Shown piece by piece: positions 37,379 to 46,431 of a DNA stretch of 64,000 bases (positions within the stretch are counted from its first letter, which is position 1; each line of letters begins with the position of its first letter). The stretch is from Planctomycetota bacterium (lineage in GTDB: Bacteria; Planctomycetota; UBA1135; UBA2386), in contig OZ245838.1 in NCBI GenBank assembly GCA_965228735.1, positions 6,880,001 to 6,944,000 on the forward strand, given 5' to 3'. Position numbers and translations under genes: made by a program. The notes beneath the pieces were generated by a model. It worked only from the letters and a program-made list of their open reading frames with translations. It had not been told where the DNA came from and made no database searches.

Positions 37379-39574
37379 ATGGCCTCGCAGGACGACAACA
37401 CCATCGGGCGCCGCGGTGGCGGGCTGCGGTCCGTCGCACTCGCGGGTGGGATCGGCGTTCTCACCGCGTGTTCGGGATCGGGCCCCGCGACCGACTACGG
37501 GATCGCGCAGCGCACGGAGGTCGCGCCGCTGCCGTTCCCCACCGGCCTGCCGTCGCCGATCCCGGTCGACTTCGACGTGGCGTTCCCCGGCCTGCTCTTC
37601 GACGCGCCCGTCGCGCTCACCGCGCCACCCGATGGCACCGACCGCATCGCGGTGGTGGAGCAGCGCGGCCGCATCCGCGTCTTCGCCAACGACCCGAACG
37701 TCACGGCAGCGGCCATGTCGGACTACCTCGACATCCAGTCGCAGGTGCGCTACGGCGGCGAGGAGGGGTTGCTCGGGTTCACGTTCCACCCCGACTACGC
37801 GACGAACGGGTGGTTCTACGTCTACTACACCGCGGACGCGCCGCGCCGTTCCGTCCTGTCGCGCTTCACCGTGAGCAGCGGCGACCCCAACGCGGCCGAC
37901 CCGGGCAGCGAGGTCGTGTTGCTCGAGGTGGCGCAGCCGTTCGGCAACCACAACTCGGGTGCGCTCGCGTTCGGCCCCGACGGCAAGCTCTACGTCGCGT
38001 GCGGTGACGGCGGGGCGGGTGACGACCCGCACGACAACGGGCAGAACCTCACGACGCTGCTCGGCAACATCCTGCGGTTGAACGACGACGGCAGCGTGCC
38101 CGCGGACAATCCGTTCGTCGGCGGGACCAACGGCGAACGCCCGGAGATCTGGGCCTACGGCCTGCGCAACCCGTGGCGCATGAGCTTCGACCGCGACTCC
38201 GGGCGGCTCTGGGTCGGCGACGTCGGGCAGGGCGCGCGCGAGGAGATCGACGTCATCGTGCGCGGCGGCAACTACGGCTGGCGCGTGTTCGAGGGGCGGC
38301 GCGAGAACATCAACCCCGACAACCTCAGCGCTGCGTCGTTCATCGACCCGGTGCACGACTACGGCCGCGAGTCGGGTTCGAGCGTCACGGGCGGCTACGT
38401 CTATCGCGGCACCGCCGTGCCGACGCTGGCCGGAGCCTACGTGTATGCCGACTTCGGCAGCGGGCGCGTGTGGGCGCTCGTCTACGACGGCACGCAGGCG
38501 GTCAGCAACGTTCACATCGCGACGGTGACGCAGCCGAGCTCGTTCGGCGAGGACGAGGCCGGTGAGCTCTACGTCTGCTGCTTCGACGGTCGCATCCGCA
38601 AGTTGCAGGCGGACGCGACGACACCGACCGTCACCGAGATCCCGACGACGTTGTCCGCGACCGGACTGTTCGACGACGTCGCGGCGCTCGCCCCCGCGCC
38701 GGGTGTGCTCGAGTACGACGTCAACGCGCCGTTCTGGTCGGACGGCGCCGAGAAGCGCCGCTGGCTCGCGCTGCCCGGCAGTGCGCGGATGGCGTTCGAT
38801 GCGACGGGGTCGTGGCAGTTCCCGGTCGGCACGGTGCTCGTCAAACACTTCGAGATCGCGCCCACGCCGCTGCCCGTGTCGCGCCTGCGGCTCGAGACCC
38901 GGGTGTTACTGCACCAGGAGAGCGGGTGGGTCGGCTACACGTATCGCTGGAACGCGGCCGGGACCGACGCCGATCTCGTCGCGGACGCCGGCGACTCGAT
39001 GACGTTCACCGTGACCGACGCCGGCGGGGCGACGCGGCAGCAGACGTGGCAGTTCCCGAGCCGCGCGAGCTGTCTGTCGTGCCACACCGCCGCGGCCGGG
39101 CACGTGCTCGGTGTGCGCACGCGGCAGATCAACCGCGACTTCGCGTTCCCGTTGCGCACCGACAACCAGCTGCGAACGTGGAACCACCTCGGGCTGTTCA
39201 CGACCCCCCTTCTGTCGGCCGCGAGTTACCCGGCGTTCGTCGATCCGCACGACAGCGCGGCAGCACTCGACGATCGCGCGCGCGCGTGGCTCGACGTCAA
39301 CTGCGCGCAGTGTCACCGCCCTGGCGGTCCGACGCCCGTCGATCTCGATCTGACGATCGATGTCGCCGAGGGCGCCATGAACCTGTTCGGTGTCGGCGCG
39401 ACCGTGCCCGTGCCGGGCGGCGCGGGCGTGCGCGCCGTCGCCGGGTCGGCGGCGACGAGCGATCTGTGGCTGCGGATCATGCGCCGCGACGGCTACGGGA
39501 TGCCGCCGCTCGGCAGCTCGGAGATCGATCAGGCCGGCGTCGAGCTGCTGCGCGCGTTCCTCGACTCGCGCTGA
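37379..39574 (+). CDS. PQQ-dependent glucose/sorbosone dehydrogenase domain + diheme cytochrome c lipoprotein
   Basis: Lipobox LTAC, EEGLLG, NHNSG, GLRNPWR, FWSDGAEKRR, CLSCH and CAQCH, MPPLG. Confidence 0.9.
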   Translation: MASQDDNTIGRRGGGLRSVALAGGIGVLTACSGSGPATDYGIAQRTEVAPLPFPTGLPSPIPVDFDVAFPGLLFDAPVALTAPPDGTDRIAVVEQRGRIRVFANDPNVTAAAMSDYLDIQSQVRYGGEEGLLGFTFHPDYATNGWFYVYYTADAPRRSVLSRFTVSSGDPNAADPGSEVVLLEVAQPFGNHNSGALAFGPDGKLYVACGDGGAGDDPHDNGQNLTTLLGNILRLNDDGSVPADNPFVGGTNGERPEIWAYGLRNPWRMSFDRDSGRLWVGDVGQGAREEIDVIVRGGNYGWRVFEGRRENINPDNLSAASFIDPVHDYGRESGSSVTGGYVYRGTAVPTLAGAYVYADFGSGRVWALVYDGTQAVSNVHIATVTQPSSFGEDEAGELYVCCFDGRIRKLQADATTPTVTEIPTTLSATGLFDDVAALAPAPGVLEYDVNAPFWSDGAEKRRWLALPGSARMAFDATGSWQFPVGTVLVKHFEIAPTPLPVSRLRLETRVLLHQESGWVGYTYRWNAAGTDADLVADAGDSMTFTVTDAGGATRQQTWQFPSRASCLSCHTAAAGHVLGVRTRQINRDFAFPLRTDNQLRTWNHLGLFTTPLLSAASYPAFVDPHDSAAALDDRARAWLDVNCAQCHRPGGPTPVDLDLTIDVAEGAMNLFGVGATVPVPGGAGVRAVAGSAATSDLWLRIMRRDGYGMPPLGSSEIDQAGVELLRAFLDSR

Positions 39575-39586
39575 ACGCGGCGCCGC

Positions 39587-41041
39587 TCAGCGCAGGAGCG
39601 GCATGAGGATCGGCGCGGGCTTCACTTCGCCGAGGTCCTGGGACGTCGGGTTGCCGAAGTCATCGACCGGAACGCCGTTCGTGTCGCGGAAGCCGCGCCA
39701 GCCGAGCGCCCGGGTCTTCTGGGCGCCCGTGAGCGGGACACCCAGGCGCAGGATGCGAATGCCGTCGTCGAGCACCGTGTTGGTGTTGTCGAGGTTGCCG
39801 CCTGGTGGGGTGGCGAGCTGGATCACACCGTTGCCGCCCAGGCCACCGAGCGGCGCGGAGTCGTAGTTCGCGCCGAACGTCGGGCCGATCGCCACGCCGT
39901 TCGCGGGATACTTGCCGGTCACGATCGGCGAGCTGAACAGTCCGGTCTGGCTGATGCCGCCGTCCGCCGAGAGCGCGAACTGGTAGTCGTCGTTCGAGAA
40001 CAGGTCGCCTTGCGCGTGGAGATCGATGCGGGTCTCCGACGCCAGCACGATCATGCCGCCGGAGCCGCCGCCGCCGCCACCGCCGTTGCTGCTCGAGCCG
40101 GCGATCTCACCGCCGCCCCCGTTGCCGCCGTTGGCCTGGATCGCGCCGCTGACGACGATCTCGCCGAGCGCGTAGACCACGACGCAGCCACCGCCACCGC
40201 CGCCGCCGCCGCCGCGAGCGTCGTTCACGAACGTGCCGGAGCCGAGTGGCGATGCCGCCTCATCACCACCGCCACCGCCGCCACTCCCCCCGGTCGGAAG
40301 CGGGAGCTCACCACGAATCAAGCGCGCGCGGTTCACGTCGTAGGCGGTGCCGAAGAAGTCGTTGTCCGGGTCGCCATCGCTGAACGGGCTGCCGCCGGGG
40401 CCGCCGCCGACGAGGGCGCGGGTTGCCGAGCCGCTCACGCCGAGGCCGCCGAAGCCGCCGAGCCCGAGCTGCTGCACGAATGCCGTGCCACCGATCCACG
40501 ACGCCGGGTAATCCGGGTCGCCCTGGGTCGCGAACGCGCCGCCGGCACCACCGGAGCCGCGGCGGGTTGGCAGGAGCGCAATGATCCCGCCGGAGCCGCC
40601 GGCACCGGGCAGGTTGCGCGGTCCGTTGCCGCTCTGACCGGCGTACGATCGACCGGTCGTCCGGGGGCTGCCCGTGCCGCCGCGACCGCCGTTCGGCCCG
40701 CCAACGCCGCCTTCGGTCGAGAAGTTCGCAGCCTGCAGCGTCGTGACTCGCTCACCGTCACCACCCGAGACGTCGAGCACGCCGTGCACCGTCATCCTCC
40801 CCGTGACGAGAAACACCAGTGGTTTGCTGCCCGTCCCGCGCACGGTGATCCCCTGCGCTATGTTCACGTCGCGAAACACGAACACGCCGCCCGTCACGGG
40901 GTAGGGCGCGCCGAACGCCGGCGTCACGATCGTGAAGTCGGTGTCGAGGACGACGTTCGCCGTCGGATCGAAGCTCGGTTGCGCGACCAGCAGATCGCAG
41001 AGGACGGCCACGGTTGTGACCCCGGACAGGAGGCGGACCAT
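39587..41041 (-). CDS. Secreted glycine-rich hypothetical protein
   Basis: Signal peptide; repeated GGGGGGG / GGNGG tracts. Confidence 0.75.
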   Translation of the reverse strand: MVRLLSGVTTVAVLCDLLVAQPSFDPTANVVLDTDFTIVTPAFGAPYPVTGGVFVFRDVNIAQGITVRGTGSKPLVFLVTGRMTVHGVLDVSGGDGERVTTLQAANFSTEGGVGGPNGGRGGTGSPRTTGRSYAGQSGNGPRNLPGAGGSGGIIALLPTRRGSGGAGGAFATQGDPDYPASWIGGTAFVQQLGLGGFGGLGVSGSATRALVGGGPGGSPFSDGDPDNDFFGTAYDVNRARLIRGELPLPTGGSGGGGGGDEAASPLGSGTFVNDARGGGGGGGGGCVVVYALGEIVVSGAIQANGGNGGGGEIAGSSSNGGGGGGGSGGMIVLASETRIDLHAQGDLFSNDDYQFALSADGGISQTGLFSSPIVTGKYPANGVAIGPTFGANYDSAPLGGLGGNGVIQLATPPGGNLDNTNTVLDDGIRILRLGVPLTGAQKTRALGWRGFRDTNGVPVDDFGNPTSQDLGEVKPAPILMPLLR

Positions 41042-41163
41042 GTCAGGCCGATAGCCCGCCATCACGTCGGCGTAACGTCACGACCATGGGATTGGGGCTT
41101 CCCAAGCGGTGCACGTTTGCCGATCCTCGCACGGGCCCGGTCGTTCGGGCGTCGGAGGTCAGC

Positions 41164-42888
41164 ATGCATCGCATCCGTTTCGTCGTCGCCGCGAGCCTCG
41201 TCGGTCTGGCCACCGGCACTCACCGGTTGCCGGCCCAGGAGCCTGCGGCGCAGTCCGGGCCCTACCGGTCGCTCGTGCCGTACGGCGCGTTCGTCGATCT
41301 CGACAGCGGCGTGATCCTGCCGCGCGCGCGTGTCGGTGACCTGGTCGCGGACCTGCGCTGCGGTCGTGATGGCGGCGGGTTGTTCGTCGAAGGGTTGCGC
41401 CGCGGATTGCAGCTCGCCGAGTTCGGCCTCGTTTCGCCGAAAGCCGATGGCTGGCAGCAGGAACGGTTTCGGATCCGCCGCCAGGCGAAGCTCGAGCCCT
41501 TCTTCGCCGTGACGGACCGCGGCGTCGCTCGGGTGAACGTCACCGTCCTCGATCACTACAGCGCCGCGCCGCTGGCCTTGGACTGGGTCATCGCTCCGGC
41601 CGCGGTGGCCCACTTCGCTCCCGCCCCGGTCGACCTCACGCGGCGGCTCGACGGCGACGAGCTCACGTTGGCGTGGTCCGACGCCGCGACGAGCTGGATC
41701 GTCGACGTGCACGGCAAGGACTCCGAGACCGGCGCGCCCACCGTTGCGCGACATGTGGTGGCCGAGCCGAAGTTCGCGCTGCCCGGCCTCGGACCCGAGC
41801 AGTCGCGGCGCGTGCTCGTGCGTGGCATCACCGGTTTCGGCGAGTCGGGCGATGGACCGACGGCGCCCGCGACCTCACTGCCCGCCGAGTTCATCGTTCA
41901 CGGCGCGCCGCGTCCGGCCCGACGGGCGGTGACCGAGTTCCACTCGGGGTTCTACGACCGGATCGGCGGCCTCCGGCTGACGGGCGAACGGCCGGAACCC
42001 GCGACGGCTGCCGAGGTGGTGTTCTTCCTCTACGGCGTCCACGTGCCGGGCGGCGGCGTTGCGAGGATCGGTGCTGGCGAGCATGACTATCGGCGGATCA
42101 GCAAGCTGCCCGAGCTGCCGATGCCGCCGGTCTACGATCGGCTCGACGCGAACACCGTGCTGGCCGTCGAACTCGCGGATGGACGCTGCGCCAAGCTCTG
42201 GCTCGAGCCGATCGCGGATGACGATCTGCGCGCGGGGATGCGGGTGCACAGCACGTTCCTCGCGGACGGCCGTCGGGCGATGCAGGCGCCGCCACGGCAG
42301 GTCACGGCCGAGATGGAGGACGGGGTCATCACGGTGTCGTGGCAGCCGGCGCCCGGGGCGGTCGAATATCGCGCGGAGGCGAGCGGGATGAACCCGGTGA
42401 ACGTGAGGACGACGTCGGCGCGCTGGCCGGCGCTCGCCGATCGGCTCATCGACGTCCGCGTCGTCGCGCGATCCGCGATCGGTGAGGTCTCCGAACCGGC
42501 GACCACGCGGGTTCACACGTTCGGCGACGGGGTTCAGCTGCGGCGGGCGACGCTGACCGTCGGTACCGGCATCGCCTTCGCGACCGGGCTGGCGCTCGGT
42601 CGCGGGCGCGGCGCCGATCTGACGTTGATCGGGGGAGCTGGCGGATCGCAGGTCCTGAACTTCCGCTCGACGGGCAGCATCCACGACGCCGACGATCGCG
42701 CGTTCGACGACCTGTCGGTGCTCGGCGAACCGGAGGGCGGCCAGCGGTGGTCCAGCGATGCCAGAAGGCGGGGCGCGGACCGCTTCTACGTGCACACCGA
42801 GAACGGCGGCTGCGCGAGCGTGCGCATCGTCGAGCGCGGTTGGCCGAAGACGATCATCGAATACCTCTACCGACCGAAGCCCGAGTAG
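41164..42888 (+). CDS. Secreted hypothetical protein with FN3-like domains
   Basis: Signal peptide; PVDL..LAW and PRQVTA..VSWQP..Y patterns. Confidence 0.7.
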   Translation: MHRIRFVVAASLVGLATGTHRLPAQEPAAQSGPYRSLVPYGAFVDLDSGVILPRARVGDLVADLRCGRDGGGLFVEGLRRGLQLAEFGLVSPKADGWQQERFRIRRQAKLEPFFAVTDRGVARVNVTVLDHYSAAPLALDWVIAPAAVAHFAPAPVDLTRRLDGDELTLAWSDAATSWIVDVHGKDSETGAPTVARHVVAEPKFALPGLGPEQSRRVLVRGITGFGESGDGPTAPATSLPAEFIVHGAPRPARRAVTEFHSGFYDRIGGLRLTGERPEPATAAEVVFFLYGVHVPGGGVARIGAGEHDYRRISKLPELPMPPVYDRLDANTVLAVELADGRCAKLWLEPIADDDLRAGMRVHSTFLADGRRAMQAPPRQVTAEMEDGVITVSWQPAPGAVEYRAEASGMNPVNVRTTSARWPALADRLIDVRVVARSAIGEVSEPATTRVHTFGDGVQLRRATLTVGTGIAFATGLALGRGRGADLTLIGGAGGSQVLNFRSTGSIHDADDRAFDDLSVLGEPEGGQRWSSDARRRGADRFYVHTENGGCASVRIVERGWPKTIIEYLYRPKPE

Positions 42889-42894
42889 CGCGCC

Positions 42895-43713
42895 TCAGCC
42901 GCGCCAGATCGAGTCCAGCAGGAATCGCATCGCGGCGAACGCGCGATCGTTGCTGCGCTGATGGAAGCGCGCGCCCTCGCTCGCGGCCGCTGGATCGGTG
43001 AAGCTGTGCACCGTGCCGCCGAACTGCAGCAGCTGCCAGTCGACGCGCGTCTTGGCGTAGACCTTGATCCACTGCTCGACGTCCTGCTGCGGCACGTACG
43101 GATCGTCGGCGCCGTGGCACACCAGGACCCGGGCCTTCGTCTTGCCCGCGTCGTTCGCGAGCGTCGGTGACATCAGATCGCCGTGGAACGAGACGATCGC
43201 CGCGAGGTCCGCACCGCTGCGGCCGAGTTCGAGGACCGTGCCGCCGCCGAAGCAGAAGCCGATGGCCGCGACCCGGCCCGGGTCGAGCCCGAGCTCGGCG
43301 CCAGCCTCGCGGAACATGCTCAGCGCCTTGCTGGCGCGGGCGCGCATCATCGCCCGATCGCCGCGCACCGCGCCGGCCGCGGCGCTGGCTTCGCCCGCGT
43401 TGGTCGGCCGCACGTCCGTGCCGTACATGTCGACCATCATCACGACGTAGCCGTTCGCCGCCACGGCCTTGGCCTTCTCGAGCGATGCCGCGGTCGGGCC
43501 GAGCCAGTTCGGCACCATGAGAATGCCGGGCCGCGGCGGCATGTGATCGCCGTGGTGCACGATCGTGCTCTCGAATCGGGTCTCTCCGATCGAGTACTCC
43601 ACGACCTGGGTCGGCAACGAGGTCGGGTCGGCAGGGTCCATGGCGTGATCGTCGGTCAGCGCGCAGGCGCCGAGACCGAGCAGCAGGGAGACCACGAGGG
43701 TGCGGGCGATCAT
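42895..43713 (-). CDS. Dienelactone hydrolase family lipoprotein
   Basis: GFCFGG, HGADDP, HSFT; lipobox LGAC. Confidence 0.92.
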   Translation of the reverse strand: MIARTLVVSLLLGLGACALTDDHAMDPADPTSLPTQVVEYSIGETRFESTIVHHGDHMPPRPGILMVPNWLGPTAASLEKAKAVAANGYVVMMVDMYGTDVRPTNAGEASAAAGAVRGDRAMMRARASKALSMFREAGAELGLDPGRVAAIGFCFGGGTVLELGRSGADLAAIVSFHGDLMSPTLANDAGKTKARVLVCHGADDPYVPQQDVEQWIKVYAKTRVDWQLLQFGGTVHSFTDPAAASEGARFHQRSNDRAFAAMRFLLDSIWRG

Positions 43714-43761
43714 GGCCCGACCATAGATCATCGGCTCTGCCGGGCAACGGTTGCGGGCAGG

Positions 43762-45966
43762 CTACCGCAACGCCTGCAGCGCGAGCATCGCGGAAGCCGT
43801 CGTGTAGACCTCCATCCCGGGGTGGGCCCAGGCGTCGATCGCGGGCCAGTGCGCGGCGCCATCGGCCGTGATGCGGTTCGGCACGAGCGCTTCGTGCAGC
43901 GCGTTGCGCCAGCGTTCGAGCGTGACCGGTTCGATCTGCGGCGTTTCGGCCGCCGCGGCGAGCGCGATGGCCTCGGCACCGAAGTGCCAGTAGGCGAGGT
44001 CGATCGAGCCCTTGTCGGTGTGCCATTCGGGCGGCAACGCGGCCACGAGTTCGAGGCCACGCAAGTTGGTGTCCTTCTCGAGTGCGCTCTGGTCGTGAGC
44101 CGCCCGCGCCAGGAGCGTGAGGGCCGTCGGTTCCTCCGACAGCTCGCCCGGGAAGTCGGCCTTCTTGGCCACGAAGCGCGACATCGGACCGCCGCGCCTC
44201 ACGAAGCCGACCCGCCCGTTCTGCGGGTTGGTGAGCTCGTCGAGCAGCAGCATCGCGACCGTGATGCTGCGCTCTTTCGGCTCGATACCGCACTTGCTGG
44301 CGTCGCCGAGCGCGAGCAGCATCATCGACGTGATCTTGCTGTCGTTGTCGTTGTCGCGCACGCCGTAGCGCCACCCGGAGTACGGGTTCTGCGCGAAGTA
44401 GCAGTAGTCCGTCGCGAGTTCGATGCGGCTGCGGCGTTCCTCCGTCGGCCACTCCAGCTGCACCGCGGCGAGCGCGCGCAACGCGAACGCGTGGGCGTAG
44501 TGCGCGGCCATCGGGTCGTTCGGACCGATGCGGCCATTGGCCTGTTGCTGCGTCTCGAGGAACGCGGCTGCGCGCTGCACGGCTTTGGCGATCGGGAGCG
44601 GTTCCGTGCGCAGGCCGGGCAGCAGCGCGAGGATCGCCATCGCGGTAACGCAAGTCGAGTTGTGATCGCGGACGTTCTTGCCCGCCGGATCCGGGCCGAC
44701 GACCCAGCCGCCGTCTGCCTGTTGGTTCTGCAGCAGCCAGCGTGTGCCCTCCGTCAACGCCGTGCCGACCGCTTGCCGTTGCCGGGACGTCGGGTTCTTC
44801 ACCACGACCGGGGCGTCGGCTGCCGGTGCCGTGGCGGCCGCGCCGGGCCGCGGGGGGGCTTCGGATTGGGCGAGGGTGACGGTCCCGAGCAGGGTCAGGA
44901 GGAGCAGCGGTGCCGCTGCGGCGGTCAGGCGGGGCCGCGCGCGGAAGCGCGGGTCGAGAATGCGGAGCAGGCGGGTCTTCATGAACGTTCTCTCGGACAG
45001 GAGGTACGCGTGGGACAGCGCCGGCGTAGGGGTGTTGCAGGCGCGTTCGATCAGGGTGAGCAGGGAATCGGCGAGGGCGCCGCGGTCGACGTTGCTGCGC
45101 GCGAGCGCGGCCTCGTCGCAGGCGTATTCGCGCCAGCGCGCATGCAGCGCGGCGGCGAGCCAGAAGCCGGGGAAGAACCAGAAGGCGCAGCGCAGCCCCT
45201 CGATGAACGCGCCGATCGCGACGTCGTGGCGCGCCACGTGTGCGAGTTCGTGGCGCAACACGAAGTGCAGTTCGGTCCCCGCCATCGTTCTGGTGGCGTC
45301 GCTCGGCACCCACACGATCGGGCGGCGCACGCCGCTCGTGAGCGGCGACTCGAGCCCGTCGACGAAGCGTAGGTTCACGGGTCGTCGGATGCCGCTCTCG
45401 CGGACGAAGAGGCGGAACCGTGCCGCGAGCTCCGCGTCGGGTTCGCGGCTCCGGCGTTCGAGGCCGGCGATCGCCGCGCGCTGGCGGTAGATCAGGCGGA
45501 CCAACAGGCCGGACAGAGCGGCGAGCCAGATCGCCGCGAGGAGCGTGCGCCACGGCACTACGACCGGCTCGGTGCGCAGGCGTGCCGTGTCGTTCGGCTC
45601 CGGGGCACCGCCCGTCGGAGTGTCCGACTCGCCGAACGTCGGGTTGCTCGCGGTCGTGGACTCCGGCAGAGCGGGCGCCTGCGCGACGGACTCTGGTTCC
45701 GCTGCGACCCAGCTCGCGAACGGTAGCTGCAGCGTCGCCGGCGCGGGCAGCAGTCGGTCGATCGGCAGGACGAGCAGAACGAGCGGCAACAGCAGCAGGC
45801 AACTCGGCAGGTGGGCCGAACCGTGGCTGCGTCCGCGGCGGCTCGCTCGCAGGAGGCCGAGAACGAGCACGACGACGGTGAGCGCGAGCGCGCTGACGAC
45901 CATGCGCGCCGTGATCCAGTCCAGCCAGGCGTGCCCCAGCAGGTCCGCGTTCGAGGTGCCGATCAC
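43762..45966 (-). CDS. BlaR1-like M56 peptidase fused to a prenyltransferase/squalene-cyclase-repeat domain
   Basis: SPLTSG, HELAHVARHD, REYACD; C-terminal QQADGGW, QQANG and SGWRY repeats. Confidence 0.88.
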   Translation of the reverse strand: MIGTSNADLLGHAWLDWITARMVVSALALTVVVLVLGLLRASRRGRSHGSAHLPSCLLLLPLVLLVLPIDRLLPAPATLQLPFASWVAAEPESVAQAPALPESTTASNPTFGESDTPTGGAPEPNDTARLRTEPVVVPWRTLLAAIWLAALSGLLVRLIYRQRAAIAGLERRSREPDAELAARFRLFVRESGIRRPVNLRFVDGLESPLTSGVRRPIVWVPSDATRTMAGTELHFVLRHELAHVARHDVAIGAFIEGLRCAFWFFPGFWLAAALHARWREYACDEAALARSNVDRGALADSLLTLIERACNTPTPALSHAYLLSERTFMKTRLLRILDPRFRARPRLTAAAAPLLLLTLLGTVTLAQSEAPPRPGAAATAPAADAPVVVKNPTSRQRQAVGTALTEGTRWLLQNQQADGGWVVGPDPAGKNVRDHNSTCVTAMAILALLPGLRTEPLPIAKAVQRAAAFLETQQQANGRIGPNDPMAAHYAHAFALRALAAVQLEWPTEERRSRIELATDYCYFAQNPYSGWRYGVRDNDNDSKITSMMLLALGDASKCGIEPKERSITVAMLLLDELTNPQNGRVGFVRRGGPMSRFVAKKADFPGELSEEPTALTLLARAAHDQSALEKDTNLRGLELVAALPPEWHTDKGSIDLAYWHFGAEAIALAAAAETPQIEPVTLERWRNALHEALVPNRITADGAAHWPAIDAWAHPGMEVYTTASAMLALQALR

Positions 45967-46355
45967 GACTCGTCCTCCGAACGGCGGCGTTGGTCGATGA
46001 GGTCCCGCAGGGCGTCGAGGTCCTGTGGGCTGAGCTTGCTGCGCTTGACCATGTACTGCAGGAGCGGGCCGACGGTGCCCTCGACCGCGCGGTCCATGAG
46101 CTGGTCCGCGGACTCACGCAGCGCCTTGTGAATCGATCGGTTGGGGCGGTAGAGCAGCGAGTTGCCGACCGCGCGGGTCTTGAGCAGGCCCTTGTCGACG
46201 AGCCGCCGGAGCAGCGTCTTGATCGTGCTGTCGGACCAGCCGTGCCGGGCGCTCGCATCGGCGATCACGTCGCGCGCCGCGCAGCTTCGGTGCGCGAACA
46301 CGATCTTCAGGATCTTCCATTCCGCCTCGGTGGGCTGATTCGCTTCGGGTGCCAT
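45963..46355 (-). CDS. BlaI/MecI/CopY family repressor
   Basis: TEAEWKIL, WSDSTIKTLLRRLVDKG; 4-bp overlap with the M56 gene. Confidence 0.92.
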   Translation of the reverse strand: MAPEANQPTEAEWKILKIVFAHRSCAARDVIADASARHGWSDSTIKTLLRRLVDKGLLKTRAVGNSLLYRPNRSIHKALRESADQLMDRAVEGTVGPLLQYMVKRSKLSPQDLDALRDLIDQRRRSEDES

Positions 46356-46361
46356 CGTTCG

Positions 46362-46375
46362 TCTACAGATGTAGA
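46362..46375. promoter_or_regulatory. BlaI-type operator
   Basis: TCTACA-GA-TGTAGA contains the canonical TACA-N2-TGTA, 6 bp upstream of the repressor ATG. Confidence 0.85.
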
Positions 46376-46431
46376 TGGTGGATGACGCCTGTGAACGGCG
46401 GTCCAGCGGCGGGGTTCAGCGTCCGCCCGGA

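Noticed and set aside
40060..40290. (CCG)n-like repeats
   Set aside because: They simply encode poly-Gly tracts of the minus-strand glycine-rich protein.
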